Shown: piece by piece, positions 20,352 to 29,178 of the stretch | Numbering within the stretch: the stretch's first letter is position 1 | Layout of the letters: each line of letters begins with the position of its first letter | Source of the DNA: Acidimicrobiia bacterium | GTDB lineage: Bacteria > Actinomycetota > Acidimicrobiia > Acidimicrobiales > Aldehydirespiratoraceae | Direction: 5' to 3' | Assembly (NCBI GenBank): GCA_024421085.1 | Contig: JAHQYN010000006.1 | Coordinates: 1 to 60,518 of the forward strand | Length of the DNA stretch: 60,518 nt | Made by a program: the position numbers and the translations under genes | The notes under the pieces: model-generated | The model's input: only the letters and a program-made list of their open reading frames with translations | Database searches by the model: none | What the model was told of the DNA's origin: nothing

Positions 20352-21521
20352 ATGACCAGTTTCCGTCAGCTTCTCACCCAAGCCAAATCGTCGATCACCG
20401 AGGTCGACACAGCCGGGGGGCACGAACTCCTCAACCAGGGTTACCTGCTGTTGGATGTGCGCGAGCCCGACGAGTACGAACAGGGGGCCATTCCCGACTC
20501 CCTCCACATTCCCCGCGGACAGCTCGAGTCCAACATCGAGAACCGCGTGCCCGACCGCCAGACCGCCATGGTGGTCATGTGCGCGGGCGGGGTGCGCTCC
20601 GCGTTCGCGGTGCAGACCCTCGAGCACCTCGGCTACCCCAACACCGTCTCGATGGACGGCGGGTTCAACAAGTGGAAGGACGAGGGGCGCCCCTGGAGCA
20701 GGCCCCGCACGCTCACGCCCGAACAGCGCAGTCGCTACCAGCGGCACTTGCTCGTGCCCGAAGTCGGCGAGGAGGGGCAGCTGAGACTGCTCAACTCCAA
20801 GGTGCTGCTGCTCGGCGCGGGTGGGCTCGGCTCGCCCGCTGCGCTGTACCTGGCCGCAGCGGGCGTCGGGACCCTGGGCATCATCGACATGGACATCGTC
20901 GACGAGTCGAACCTGCAACGGCAGATCCTCCACAACACCGAGCGGATAGGGGAGCGCAAGGTCGACTCTGCCCGCAAGACGCTCACCGGCCTCAACCCCG
21001 ACGTCGATGTGGTCACCTACGACGTGCGCCTCGGCGCCGACAACATCATGGAGATCCTCGCCGACTACGACGTCGTGGTCGACGGGGCCGACAACTTCCC
21101 GAGCCGCTACCTGCTCAACGATGCCAGCGTGAAGCACGGGATCCCAGTCGTCCACGGCTCGATCTTCCGTTTCGAGGGACAGATCACCGTCTTCGACCCC
21201 CGCCAGGGACCCACCTATCGAGACATGCTGCCCGAGCCGCCCCCCGCGGAGCTGGCGCCGTCATGCGCCGAGGCGGGTGTGCTCGGGGTCCTGCCCGGGA
21301 TCGTCGGCAGCATCCAGGCACTCGAGGCCCTCAAGCTGCTGCTGGGAGTGGGCGAACCGCTGCGCGGTCGGCTGGTCGCCTTCGACGCCCTGGAGATGAG
21401 CTTTCGCGAGTTCAAGCTGCGGGTCGATCCGGACAACCAGGTCACCTGGGAGAACCGGGACCGCATCGAGGTCACCGAACTCGACGGGCTCTGCCTGCCG
21501 CAGTTCACACCCGCTGGCTGA
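20352..21521 (+). CDS. moeB: Rhodanese-MoeB/ThiF fusion (sulfur-carrier adenylyltransferase)
   Basis: N-terminal rhodanese (DVREPDEY, CAGGVRS), then RYQRH, GAGGLGSP, SNLQRQ and SCAEAGVLG. Confidence 0.92.
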   Translation: MTSFRQLLTQAKSSITEVDTAGGHELLNQGYLLLDVREPDEYEQGAIPDSLHIPRGQLESNIENRVPDRQTAMVVMCAGGVRSAFAVQTLEHLGYPNTVSMDGGFNKWKDEGRPWSRPRTLTPEQRSRYQRHLLVPEVGEEGQLRLLNSKVLLLGAGGLGSPAALYLAAAGVGTLGIIDMDIVDESNLQRQILHNTERIGERKVDSARKTLTGLNPDVDVVTYDVRLGADNIMEILADYDVVVDGADNFPSRYLLNDASVKHGIPVVHGSIFRFEGQITVFDPRQGPTYRDMLPEPPPAELAPSCAEAGVLGVLPGIVGSIQALEALKLLLGVGEPLRGRLVAFDALEMSFREFKLRVDPDNQVTWENRDRIEVTELDGLCLPQFTPAG

Positions 21522-21632
21522 CGGGATCGGCGCAACGGCGCGGCCCCGACCCCATGCGTGATCCCAACGGAACGCGCCGGTACGCTTCTGCTTTCCGTTG
21601 CACCCACGAGTGAATGAGTTCAGGAGCGTCCC

Positions 21633-22946
21633 ATCCGTAAGCACTTTGCGAACCTTTGGGACCGCAGTCCACTGCCCGAAGGCACGACAGCCATCGGTGT
21701 CGGCTTGGTGGTCAACGGGATCGCCACCTACGCATTCCTGGTAGTCGCCCGACGAGCTCTCGGCGAAGCGGCCTACGGAGGTCTGGCCGTCCTCTGGGGG
21801 CTGGTCTACATCCTCGGTCCGGGCCTGTTCCAACCACTCGAGCAGGAGATCGCGCGTGCCACCGCGAATCGCGCGAGCCGCGATGAGGGCAGCGCGCCGG
21901 TCCTTCGACAGGCGACCCGCATCGGCCTGGTGCAACTGCTGCTGGTCGAGGCCGCAGTCGTGGGGGGCTGGCCGTTGGGCCTCGACGGCCTGCTCGACCA
22001 CAAGATCTCGCTGCTGGTTGCGCTGATGTTGTCGCTGGCGTGCTTCATGGGCGCCGAATGTGTCCGCGGCGTGCTGTCGGGGCGGCACGAGTTCAACCGC
22101 TACAGGTCGTATTTCGCCGCGGAGGGCAGCACCAGATTCTTGTTGGCCGCTGCACTCGCGATTGTCGGAGTCGAGGCTGTGGGAGCCTATGCGACAGCGA
22201 TCGCAGTCGCCTTCGCAGTGGCCGCAGTTGTGGCAGTCGGGTCGCTTCGGCCTTTCGTCAATCCAGGACCGCCTGCTCCGTTGGGTGAGCTGAGGCCCGC
22301 GCTCGGTTGGCTGCTGGTCGCTTCGCTGTCGGAGGCCTTCCTGCTCAACGTCGGTCCCGTCGCCATGGAGATCATCGGCAAGGGTCTGGGCGAGGAGGCA
22401 CCTGGCGTGTTCCTCAACGGACTGATCATCTCGAGGGTCCCACTGTTCTTCTTCCAGGCGGTCCGCGCGGCGCTGCTTCCCAACCTGGCCGGGCTCGCTG
22501 GCGACGATGATCTCAACGGATTCCGAAACCTCCAGCTGCGGCTGGTGGCTGCGGTAGTGGGTGTGGCGGCGCTGACCGTGGTCGTGATGGCCCTCGTCGG
22601 CCCCTGGTTGGTGAACTTCCTGTTCGGCGACGAGATCGGTTCGCTGGACATGGCTCTGCTCTCGGCCAGCGGAGGCGGGCTAATGGTCCTGTTGTCGCTG
22701 TCGCTGGGGCTTGTTGCGCTCGATCACACTCGTCTGGCGGTGATCGGCTATCTGGTCGGCGTGTGGACGTTCCCGGTGGGGCTCCTCTTCGCCAATGAGC
22801 CGTTCCTACGAGTCGAGGTGGCGCTGGTCGCCGCGGTTGCCGCCGGCGCGGTCGTCACCGCGGCGTTGCTGCGCTACGAGTACGCGGTGCATGCCCGGGC
22901 AGGTCGCCTTCCCGATTCAGGCGCCGGCGACTCCGACCGCAGTTGA
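21633..22946 (+). CDS. Polysaccharide-biosynthesis multi-pass membrane protein (flippase-like); start uncertain
   Basis: About 12 hydrophobic segments and PLEQEIAR motif. Frame is open from 21618; AGGAG precedes ATC at 21633, first conventional start is TTG 21705. Confidence 0.75.
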   Translation: MRKHFANLWDRSPLPEGTTAIGVGLVVNGIATYAFLVVARRALGEAAYGGLAVLWGLVYILGPGLFQPLEQEIARATANRASRDEGSAPVLRQATRIGLVQLLLVEAAVVGGWPLGLDGLLDHKISLLVALMLSLACFMGAECVRGVLSGRHEFNRYRSYFAAEGSTRFLLAAALAIVGVEAVGAYATAIAVAFAVAAVVAVGSLRPFVNPGPPAPLGELRPALGWLLVASLSEAFLLNVGPVAMEIIGKGLGEEAPGVFLNGLIISRVPLFFFQAVRAALLPNLAGLAGDDDLNGFRNLQLRLVAAVVGVAALTVVVMALVGPWLVNFLFGDEIGSLDMALLSASGGGLMVLLSLSLGLVALDHTRLAVIGYLVGVWTFPVGLLFANEPFLRVEVALVAAVAAGAVVTAALLRYEYAVHARAGRLPDSGAGDSDRS

Positions 22947-22969
22947 CCGGGTGAGCCCTGACCGCCTGA

Positions 22970-23298
22970 GAGCATGCGCGGACAGGCGAGAGCCTGTTGC
23001 GTTGACAGCGGTGCGCTTCCCGCTCTTGTTCGCTGCGCTCCGCTTCCCGCTCTTGTTCGCTGCGGTCCGCTTTCCGCTTTTGTTCGCTGCGGTCCGCTTC
23101 CCGCTCTTGTTCGCTGCGCTCCGCTTCCCGCTTTTGTTCGCTGCGCTCACGGGCTGCTCGGGCCACGGGCGGGGCTGCTCGGGCCGCGGGCGGGGCCGCT
23201 CGGGCCACGGGCGGGGCCGCTCGGGCCGCGGGCGGGGCGGCTCGGGCCACGGCCTCGCGCCGTATGGGCCGCGTTGTCCCACCCAATCGCTCGGCCTC
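22970..23298 (-). mobile_element. MITE copy 1, expanded by internal tandem arrays (5x27 bp, ~5x21 bp)
   Basis: Imperfect terminal inverted repeats GAGCATGCGCGGA / TCGCTCGGCCTC, flanking TGA duplication; homologous to 26039-26175. Confidence 0.8.
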
Positions 23299-23364
23299 TG
23301 AGGGTCACAGCATCGAGGGTGGGCGCTACGATGCGGGTGTGGGCCATCTTCGGGCAATCAGCGC

Positions 23365-24480
23365 ATGAAGGGCTTGATCCTCAGCGGCGGCGCCGGCAAG
23401 CGCCTGCGCCCGATAACCCATACCAGCGCCAAGCAGTTGGTCCCCATCGCCAACAAACCCATCCTGTTCTACGGCATAGAGGAGATGGCCGCGGCCGGGA
23501 TCACCGACATAGGCATCGTCATCGCCCCGACGACCGGCGAGGAGATCCGACAGGCCGTCGGCGACGGTTCGCAATTCGGTGTGCGCGTCACCTGGATCAC
23601 TCAGCCCGAACCGCTCGGGCTGGCCCACTGTGTGCTGATCGCACGCGACTTCCTCGGTGACGAAGAGTTCGTCATGTACCTCGGCGACAACATGCTCGAA
23701 GCCGGTCTGTCGGCTTTCGTGCAGAGGTTCGTCTCCGAACGGGCGGCCTGTAAGGCAGCTGGGGGATCCGAACCGCCCGCCGCCCAGATTCTGTTGGCAG
23801 AGGTGTCTGATCCCGGTTCCTTCGGCGTCGCTGAGATCGCGCCCCACGGTCGGGTGGTTCAGCTCGTCGAGAAGCCGGAGCAGCCCCCCTCGAACCTCGC
23901 TCTGGTCGGCGTCTACCTGTTCGACCAGACGATCCACACCGCTGTTGCGAACATCGAGCCGTCCGCACGGGGCGAGCTTGAGATAACCGACGCCATCGAC
24001 TGGATCATCAATGAGGGTCACCGGGTGGACCACGAGGTCCTCAGCGGCTGGTGGATCGACACCGGCAAGAAGGACCCGCTGCTGGAGTGCAACCGGCTGG
24101 TGCTCGGCACTTTCAGCCGCCGCGTCGACGGCGACGTCTGCGGCGGGTCGAGCATCGAGGGCCGGGTGGTGCTCGAATCGGGAGCGAAGATCGTCGACTC
24201 GACCGTGCGGGGACCGGCGATCATCGGCAGCGGCACCACCGTCGAGAGCAGCGAGATCGGCCCCTACGTGTCGATAGCGGCCGACTGTCGGATCAGCGGC
24301 AGCGAGATCGACAACTCGGTGGTGCTGCGGCGCAGCACGGTCACCGACATCATCGGGCTCACCGACTCGCTGGTCGGTCGCGACACCGTCATGTCAAGGT
24401 CGGCACACGGCGACGAGGACCGCGGCCCGACCCGGCTGAGCGTGATGGTCGGCGACCATTGCCGAGTCGAGATCGGATAG
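23365..24480 (+). CDS. rmlA: Glucose-1-phosphate thymidylyltransferase (long form)
   Basis: GLILSGGAGKRLRP, KQLVP, YLGDN, EKP and RGELEITD motifs. Confidence 0.95.
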   Translation: MKGLILSGGAGKRLRPITHTSAKQLVPIANKPILFYGIEEMAAAGITDIGIVIAPTTGEEIRQAVGDGSQFGVRVTWITQPEPLGLAHCVLIARDFLGDEEFVMYLGDNMLEAGLSAFVQRFVSERAACKAAGGSEPPAAQILLAEVSDPGSFGVAEIAPHGRVVQLVEKPEQPPSNLALVGVYLFDQTIHTAVANIEPSARGELEITDAIDWIINEGHRVDHEVLSGWWIDTGKKDPLLECNRLVLGTFSRRVDGDVCGGSSIEGRVVLESGAKIVDSTVRGPAIIGSGTTVESSEIGPYVSIAADCRISGSEIDNSVVLRRSTVTDIIGLTDSLVGRDTVMSRSAHGDEDRGPTRLSVMVGDHCRVEIG

Positions 24481-24512
24481 CCGCGCCGTCCCGCAGGTGC
24501 TTGGATACTGCT

Positions 24513-25082
24513 GTGGCCTCAATCACTCCGCTGGACAGCATCGCCGGGGTCTTCGTGGTGCGCCCGGAGATACTCGAGGACGAGCGGGGCGCTTTCCTCG
24601 AGACGTATCGGCGTTCGTGGTTCAGCGGCCAGCGGGAGATGATCCAAGCCAATCGCAGCGACCGACGGGCCAAGACACTGGTGGGGCTCCACTACCACCT
24701 GCACCAGAGCGACTACTGGTACTTGCCGTTCGGGAATGTCCGCGTGGTGCTGCACGACCTCAGGGAGGGGAGCCCGACTGACGGAGCCACCTTCGAGTAC
24801 GACCTGGGGACCCGCGCCGACGGTTCGCACTGCCACGACGGGATCTACATCCCGCCGGGGGTCGCCCACGGTTTTGCGGCCTTGAGCGACTGCACGCTCA
24901 ACTACCTGGTCGACGCCTACTACAACCCCGCCGACGAGCTCGGCGTGCGTTGGGACGACCCCGAGATCGCAGCCGACTGGGGCCTGCGCGAGCCGATCTT
25001 GTCGCAGCGCGACCAGAACAATCCACTGCGCGTCAATCTGCCGACGAACCGCCGACCCCACTACCGGCTGCGCGCCACCTAG
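24513..25082 (+). CDS. rmlC: dTDP-4-dehydrorhamnose 3,5-epimerase
   Basis: DERGAFLE, GLHYH, IPPGVAHGF and LSQRD motifs. Confidence 0.92.
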   Translation: MASITPLDSIAGVFVVRPEILEDERGAFLETYRRSWFSGQREMIQANRSDRRAKTLVGLHYHLHQSDYWYLPFGNVRVVLHDLREGSPTDGATFEYDLGTRADGSHCHDGIYIPPGVAHGFAALSDCTLNYLVDAYYNPADELGVRWDDPEIAADWGLREPILSQRDQNNPLRVNLPTNRRPHYRLRAT

Positions 25083-25095
25083 GGGGCTGTCGGCC

Positions 25096-26106
25096 ATGAG
25101 ACTGTTCATCACCGGGGCGGCGGGCTTCATCGGCAGCAACTATCTGCGCCACCTGTTGGCGACGAGTGACCACACCGCGGTCGCCTTCGACGCCTTGACC
25201 TACGCCGGGAACCTCGACTCGATCGAGGACCTGCTCGGCGACCGGGCCGCGTTCGTCCACGGCGACATCACCGACCGGGCCGCGGTCAGCTCCGCCATGG
25301 TGGGCTGCGATCAGGTGGTGCATTTTGCTGCTGAATCACACGTCGACCGCTCGATCGCAGGTCCCGACGCGTTCGTCCACACCAACTGCTTCGGCACCAA
25401 CGTGCTGTGTGACGTTGCGCGCCGAATCGGTGTCGAGCGGTTCGTGCATGTCTCGACCGATGAGGTCTACGGCTCGGTTGTGCACGGCTCTTCGGTGGAG
25501 ACGGACACGGTCTCGCCCCGCTCCCCGTACTCGGCTTCCAAAGCAGCCTCAGACCTCATCGCCCTCAGCTACTTCAGCACCCACGAACTGCCCGTCATAG
25601 TCACCCGCGCATCGAACAACTACGGCCCCTACCAGTTCCCCGAGAAGGTGATCCCCCTGTTCGCGACGAACCTGCTCGACGGGGCCTGCGTGCCCCTCTA
25701 CGGCGATGGACTCAACGTTCGCGACTGGCTCCACGTGGCCGACCACTGCACGGCCATCGACACCCTCTTGAGCCGTGGCAGCAGCGGCGAGATCTACAAC
25801 ATCGGCGCCGGCAACGAGATCACCAACCGTGAGTTGACCGAACGGCTCATCGATCTGTGCGGACGCGACGAGTCGGCCATCACCTATGTGCCGGACCGGC
25901 CGGGTCATGATCGGCGCTATTCGCTCGACTGCTCCAAGCTGCGCTCCCTCGGCTGGGCTCCGGCACAGGACTTCACGGCCGGCTTGGAGAAGACGGTGGA
26001 GTGGTACTCGACGAACCGTCACTGGTGGGCGCCGCTTAGAGGCCGAGCGAACATGTGGGACAATACGGCCCAGACGGCGCGAGGCCGTGGCCCGAGCGGG
26101 CCGTGA
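25096..26106 (+). CDS. rmlB: dTDP-glucose 4,6-dehydratase; last ~21 aa derive from the MITE
   Basis: TGAAGFIG, HFAAESHVDRS, STDEVYG, YSASK and DRPGHDRRY motifs. Confidence 0.95.
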   Translation: MRLFITGAAGFIGSNYLRHLLATSDHTAVAFDALTYAGNLDSIEDLLGDRAAFVHGDITDRAAVSSAMVGCDQVVHFAAESHVDRSIAGPDAFVHTNCFGTNVLCDVARRIGVERFVHVSTDEVYGSVVHGSSVETDTVSPRSPYSASKAASDLIALSYFSTHELPVIVTRASNNYGPYQFPEKVIPLFATNLLDGACVPLYGDGLNVRDWLHVADHCTAIDTLLSRGSSGEIYNIGAGNEITNRELTERLIDLCGRDESAITYVPDRPGHDRRYSLDCSKLRSLGWAPAQDFTAGLEKTVEWYSTNRHWWAPLRGRANMWDNTAQTARGRGPSGP

Positions 26107-26175
26107 GCGCAGCGAACAAGAGCGGGAATGACACCGCCGCCAACGCGACAGGCTCTCACCTATCCGAGCATGCCC
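26039..26175 (+). mobile_element. MITE copy 2 (137 bp) inserted in the 3' end of rmlB
   Basis: GAGGCCGAGCGA…TCCGAGCATGCCC, flanked by TTA/TTG; shared core GAGGCCGTGGCCCGAGCGG(G/C)CCGTGAGCGCAGCGAACAAGAGCGGGA. Confidence 0.8.
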
Positions 26176-26200
26176 TTGAGCACGGGCCGGGTCTGCGAGC

Positions 26201-27037
26201 ATGAAGGTCTTCGTGACCGGGGCCGGCGGACAACTCGGCAGCGACCTGGTGCGGCTGCTCGACGGTCACGAAGCGATCACCCCCGACCGCAGCGAACTCG
26301 ACGTCACCGACAGTGGCAGCGTCGCGGGCGCCATGCTACAGACGAAGCCGGACCTCGTCATCAACTGTGCAGCGTTCACCGACGTCGACCGCGCGCAGAC
26401 CGATGCCGACCGCGCCTTTTCGACCAATGCGACGGCGGTGCGGATCCTCGCTGAGGCCGCCCGCGAGATCGGTGCGCATTTCACCACGATCTCAACAGAA
26501 CTCGTGTTCGACGGCACCAAGAGCGGCCCCTACACCGAAACGGACAGTCCGTCGCCGGTCTCGGTCTATGGACAGTCGAAGGCGGAAGGCGAACGCCATG
26601 CCGGCACCGACGCCACGATCGTCCGCACCTCCTGGCTCTGCGGAGAGACCGGCCACAACATGGTCAAGACCATCTTGAACCTCCTCGACAAGGACGAGCC
26701 GCTGCGTTTCGTGGACGACCAGATCGGACACCCGACGTTCACCGCCGACCTCGCCCCGATCGTTCTGGAACTCTCGCTGCAGCGTCGCCCGGGCATCTTC
26801 CATGCGACCAATCAGGGTGCGGTCTCCTGGTTTCAGTTCGCCCGCGCCGTGGCGGCGGCAGCGGGTGAAGATCCGACGAGGGTCACCCCCTGTTCGACCG
26901 CGGAGCTGCGTCCGGTCCGGCCCGCTGCACGACCTGCCAACGGAGTGCTCGACAATGCCGCGCTGCGAACCGTCGGATTCGCCCAGACCCGCGACTTCCG
27001 AGAGCCCTTGGCTGAACTCATCTGTCGGCTTCGCTGA
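26201..27037 (+). CDS. rmlD: dTDP-4-dehydrorhamnose reductase
   Basis: TGAGGQLG, NCAAFTDVD, YGQSK and DDQIGHPT motifs. Confidence 0.95.
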   Translation: MKVFVTGAGGQLGSDLVRLLDGHEAITPDRSELDVTDSGSVAGAMLQTKPDLVINCAAFTDVDRAQTDADRAFSTNATAVRILAEAAREIGAHFTTISTELVFDGTKSGPYTETDSPSPVSVYGQSKAEGERHAGTDATIVRTSWLCGETGHNMVKTILNLLDKDEPLRFVDDQIGHPTFTADLAPIVLELSLQRRPGIFHATNQGAVSWFQFARAVAAAAGEDPTRVTPCSTAELRPVRPAARPANGVLDNAALRTVGFAQTRDFREPLAELICRLR

Positions 27038-27041
27038 TTGG

Positions 27042-27977
27042 TCACTCGCTGGAGTCTGAACCGCGCAACACCAGCGCAGCACTCGCCAAGGCCAGAAAGG
27101 TCAGCCAGACCAGGCGATCAACAGAACCGATCAGCACGCCGATATCGAACTCGAGACCAATCAACGGACTGAGGCCGGCGATCAGCGCTTCTCTGAGTCC
27201 GAGTCCGGAAGGGAAGAAGCCGATGGCGACCGTCAGAGCGCCGGCGACTGAGAGGGCGACTGCTTGAGTCGGCGAGATGTCGACACCTAGAGCGGTTATT
27301 GCCAAGCCGAGACGTAATGCGCTGATGAGGAGCCAAGCGGATTCAACTCCGAGCACCGCCAGGGCCAGCCCAACCGAACCCCCGTCGGGTGCAGTTTCTC
27401 CGAAGAGCTTGAGGGCTGCGACTCCTGCCAGCAAGCCGCCAACGACCGCTATAGCTCCCAGCGAAGGCGGCCCCTCAACAGCAATCGCCGATCCGCCGAC
27501 GATGCCCGTGATCGAGAGCCAACAAAGACCGGGCACTGCACCAGCAGCGATCGCCGACCCGTAAGTGCTTCCATCTTCTGAAAGAGATCGGACGGTGACT
27601 ATCAGAGAACCCGGCAGCGGCAGCAGATTGGCGGCCGAAGACACGACCGCAACCCTGAGACTCCTGTGTGCTGAGGGTTTCTGCGAGGCGATTCGGGCGG
27701 CGAGTTGAAACTCAGACGATTTCAAAGCGAGGCTCGCAGGGGCAGCAACCAGCAGCGCCACGGCCAGCGGCCACCAGGACAACTCAGCCAATGTCAGGTC
27801 GCTGGTGCGCCAAGCCCAGACGGTCGCCCCGCTCACCCCGACCACGGCGACAGAGCCGATTGCGGCCTGCAGTGTCTTGTTAAGCGGCTGAGCGCGCTGA
27901 TCGAGAAGGCGCCGAAACGCCGCGGTGAGACCCTCAAAGAGACCCATAGCAGGGGTTCCGCGGTACGCAGACGGCAT
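27042..27977 (-). CDS. Membrane protein, LPG-synthase-TM / flippase-like
   Basis: Multiple TM helices; ANLLPLPG and PSGLGLRE motifs. Confidence 0.7.
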   Translation of the reverse strand: MPSAYRGTPAMGLFEGLTAAFRRLLDQRAQPLNKTLQAAIGSVAVVGVSGATVWAWRTSDLTLAELSWWPLAVALLVAAPASLALKSSEFQLAARIASQKPSAHRSLRVAVVSSAANLLPLPGSLIVTVRSLSEDGSTYGSAIAAGAVPGLCWLSITGIVGGSAIAVEGPPSLGAIAVVGGLLAGVAALKLFGETAPDGGSVGLALAVLGVESAWLLISALRLGLAITALGVDISPTQAVALSVAGALTVAIGFFPSGLGLREALIAGLSPLIGLEFDIGVLIGSVDRLVWLTFLALASAALVLRGSDSSE

Positions 27978-28001
27978 CGCTCGACGCTACCGTCGCCATC
28001 A

Positions 28002-29090
28002 ATGAAGGTGTTGATTGACGCAGTACATCCAGCGGATGTATGGACATTGGGCGCAGTTGAGGATCGCCTGCTAGCAGCCGGTGAAGAGACAATGTGGATT
28101 TCGCGCCCCGGAAAGGACTCTGTCGTCGAACTCATCGAAGCACGCGGCAGGCCCCACATTGCCGGTCCCCGTGCAGGAACCAACATGATTTCGCTGGCCC
28201 GTGAGTTGGTGTCACGGGACTGGTTGGCCCTTCGCACGGTGCGACGCTTCGGACCCGACGTGATTCTGACTCGCTCACCGGCAGGGGTTCACGCGGGCAG
28301 GTTGACCCGTACCCCGGTGCTGTACGACACCGACGACGGCCATGTCGCTGGACTGCTCTACTACGTAGCCGGTCCGTTCGCCAACCTCATTGCGAGCCCG
28401 ACCGCTACCGAAAAGAGTTACGGCTCGAAGCATCGCAAGTATCGCGGATACAAGGAACTCTTTTACCTGCACCCTTCGCGTTTCACTGCGGATCCTGCAA
28501 TCCGCGCGGAACTCGGACTCAAGGACGGAAAGCGCTTGTTCGTGCTGCGTCTCACCGCGTTCACCGCGAGCCACGATGTCTCCGAGCGAGGGATGAACCG
28601 CCAACAGATCGACCGGATTCTGAGTCGATTGGAGGATCTCGGAACGGTGGTCATCTCCTCTGAACAGGCGTTGCCCACCGATCTGGCTGCCAGGCAAGTC
28701 TCGACCCCCCCAGAGCGGTTCCATCATGTTCTGGCAGCAGCCGATCTCGTTGTCGGCGATAGTCAGACGGTCTGTTCGGAGGCTGGTGTGATCGGCACAC
28801 CGTCGCTGCGCTACAACACTTGGGCCGGGCGGCACCCTTATCAGGTGGAACTGCAGGAGCGTTGGGGGTTGACCAAGGCCTTCGCCTTGAGTGAAGAAAC
28901 GGCGTTCTTCAGTGAACTGGACCGTGTGCTCGAGGACCTCGACAGCGAGCACGCGGCCCACGCGCAGCGCCGGCAACAGATGCTCGAATGGTCTGACGAC
29001 CCAGTGGAGGATCTCACGGCCTGGACCTATGAACTGGCGACCCGTCAGGGATTCGGCAGGACTCGACTCTTTCGAGGAAGAACGGGGTGA
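28002..29090 (+). CDS. DUF354 family (GT-B fold) protein
   Basis: MKVLIDAVHPADV, YRGYKELFYLHP and GDSQTVCSEAGVIGTP motifs. Confidence 0.85.
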   Translation: MKVLIDAVHPADVWTLGAVEDRLLAAGEETMWISRPGKDSVVELIEARGRPHIAGPRAGTNMISLARELVSRDWLALRTVRRFGPDVILTRSPAGVHAGRLTRTPVLYDTDDGHVAGLLYYVAGPFANLIASPTATEKSYGSKHRKYRGYKELFYLHPSRFTADPAIRAELGLKDGKRLFVLRLTAFTASHDVSERGMNRQQIDRILSRLEDLGTVVISSEQALPTDLAARQVSTPPERFHHVLAAADLVVGDSQTVCSEAGVIGTPSLRYNTWAGRHPYQVELQERWGLTKAFALSEETAFFSELDRVLEDLDSEHAAHAQRRQQMLEWSDDPVEDLTAWTYELATRQGFGRTRLFRGRTG

Positions 29091-29178
29091 ACCCGAGGTG
29101 CGAACGCCTCGGTGCCGCCGAAAGGGGGGCAACCTCACGTCGCTGTTGGGGTTGGCCGGATATGTTGGAGGTGTGTGT

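Noticed and set aside
20352-21521. MoeB lacking Zn-binding CxxC motifs, with an N-terminal rhodanese
   Set aside because: Both variants are already known among MoeB/MoeZ-like proteins.
22795-23357. Repetitive ORFs (RFPLLFAA / RSEQKR repeats)
   Set aside because: They are translations of the expanded MITE, open only because the unit lengths are multiples of 3.
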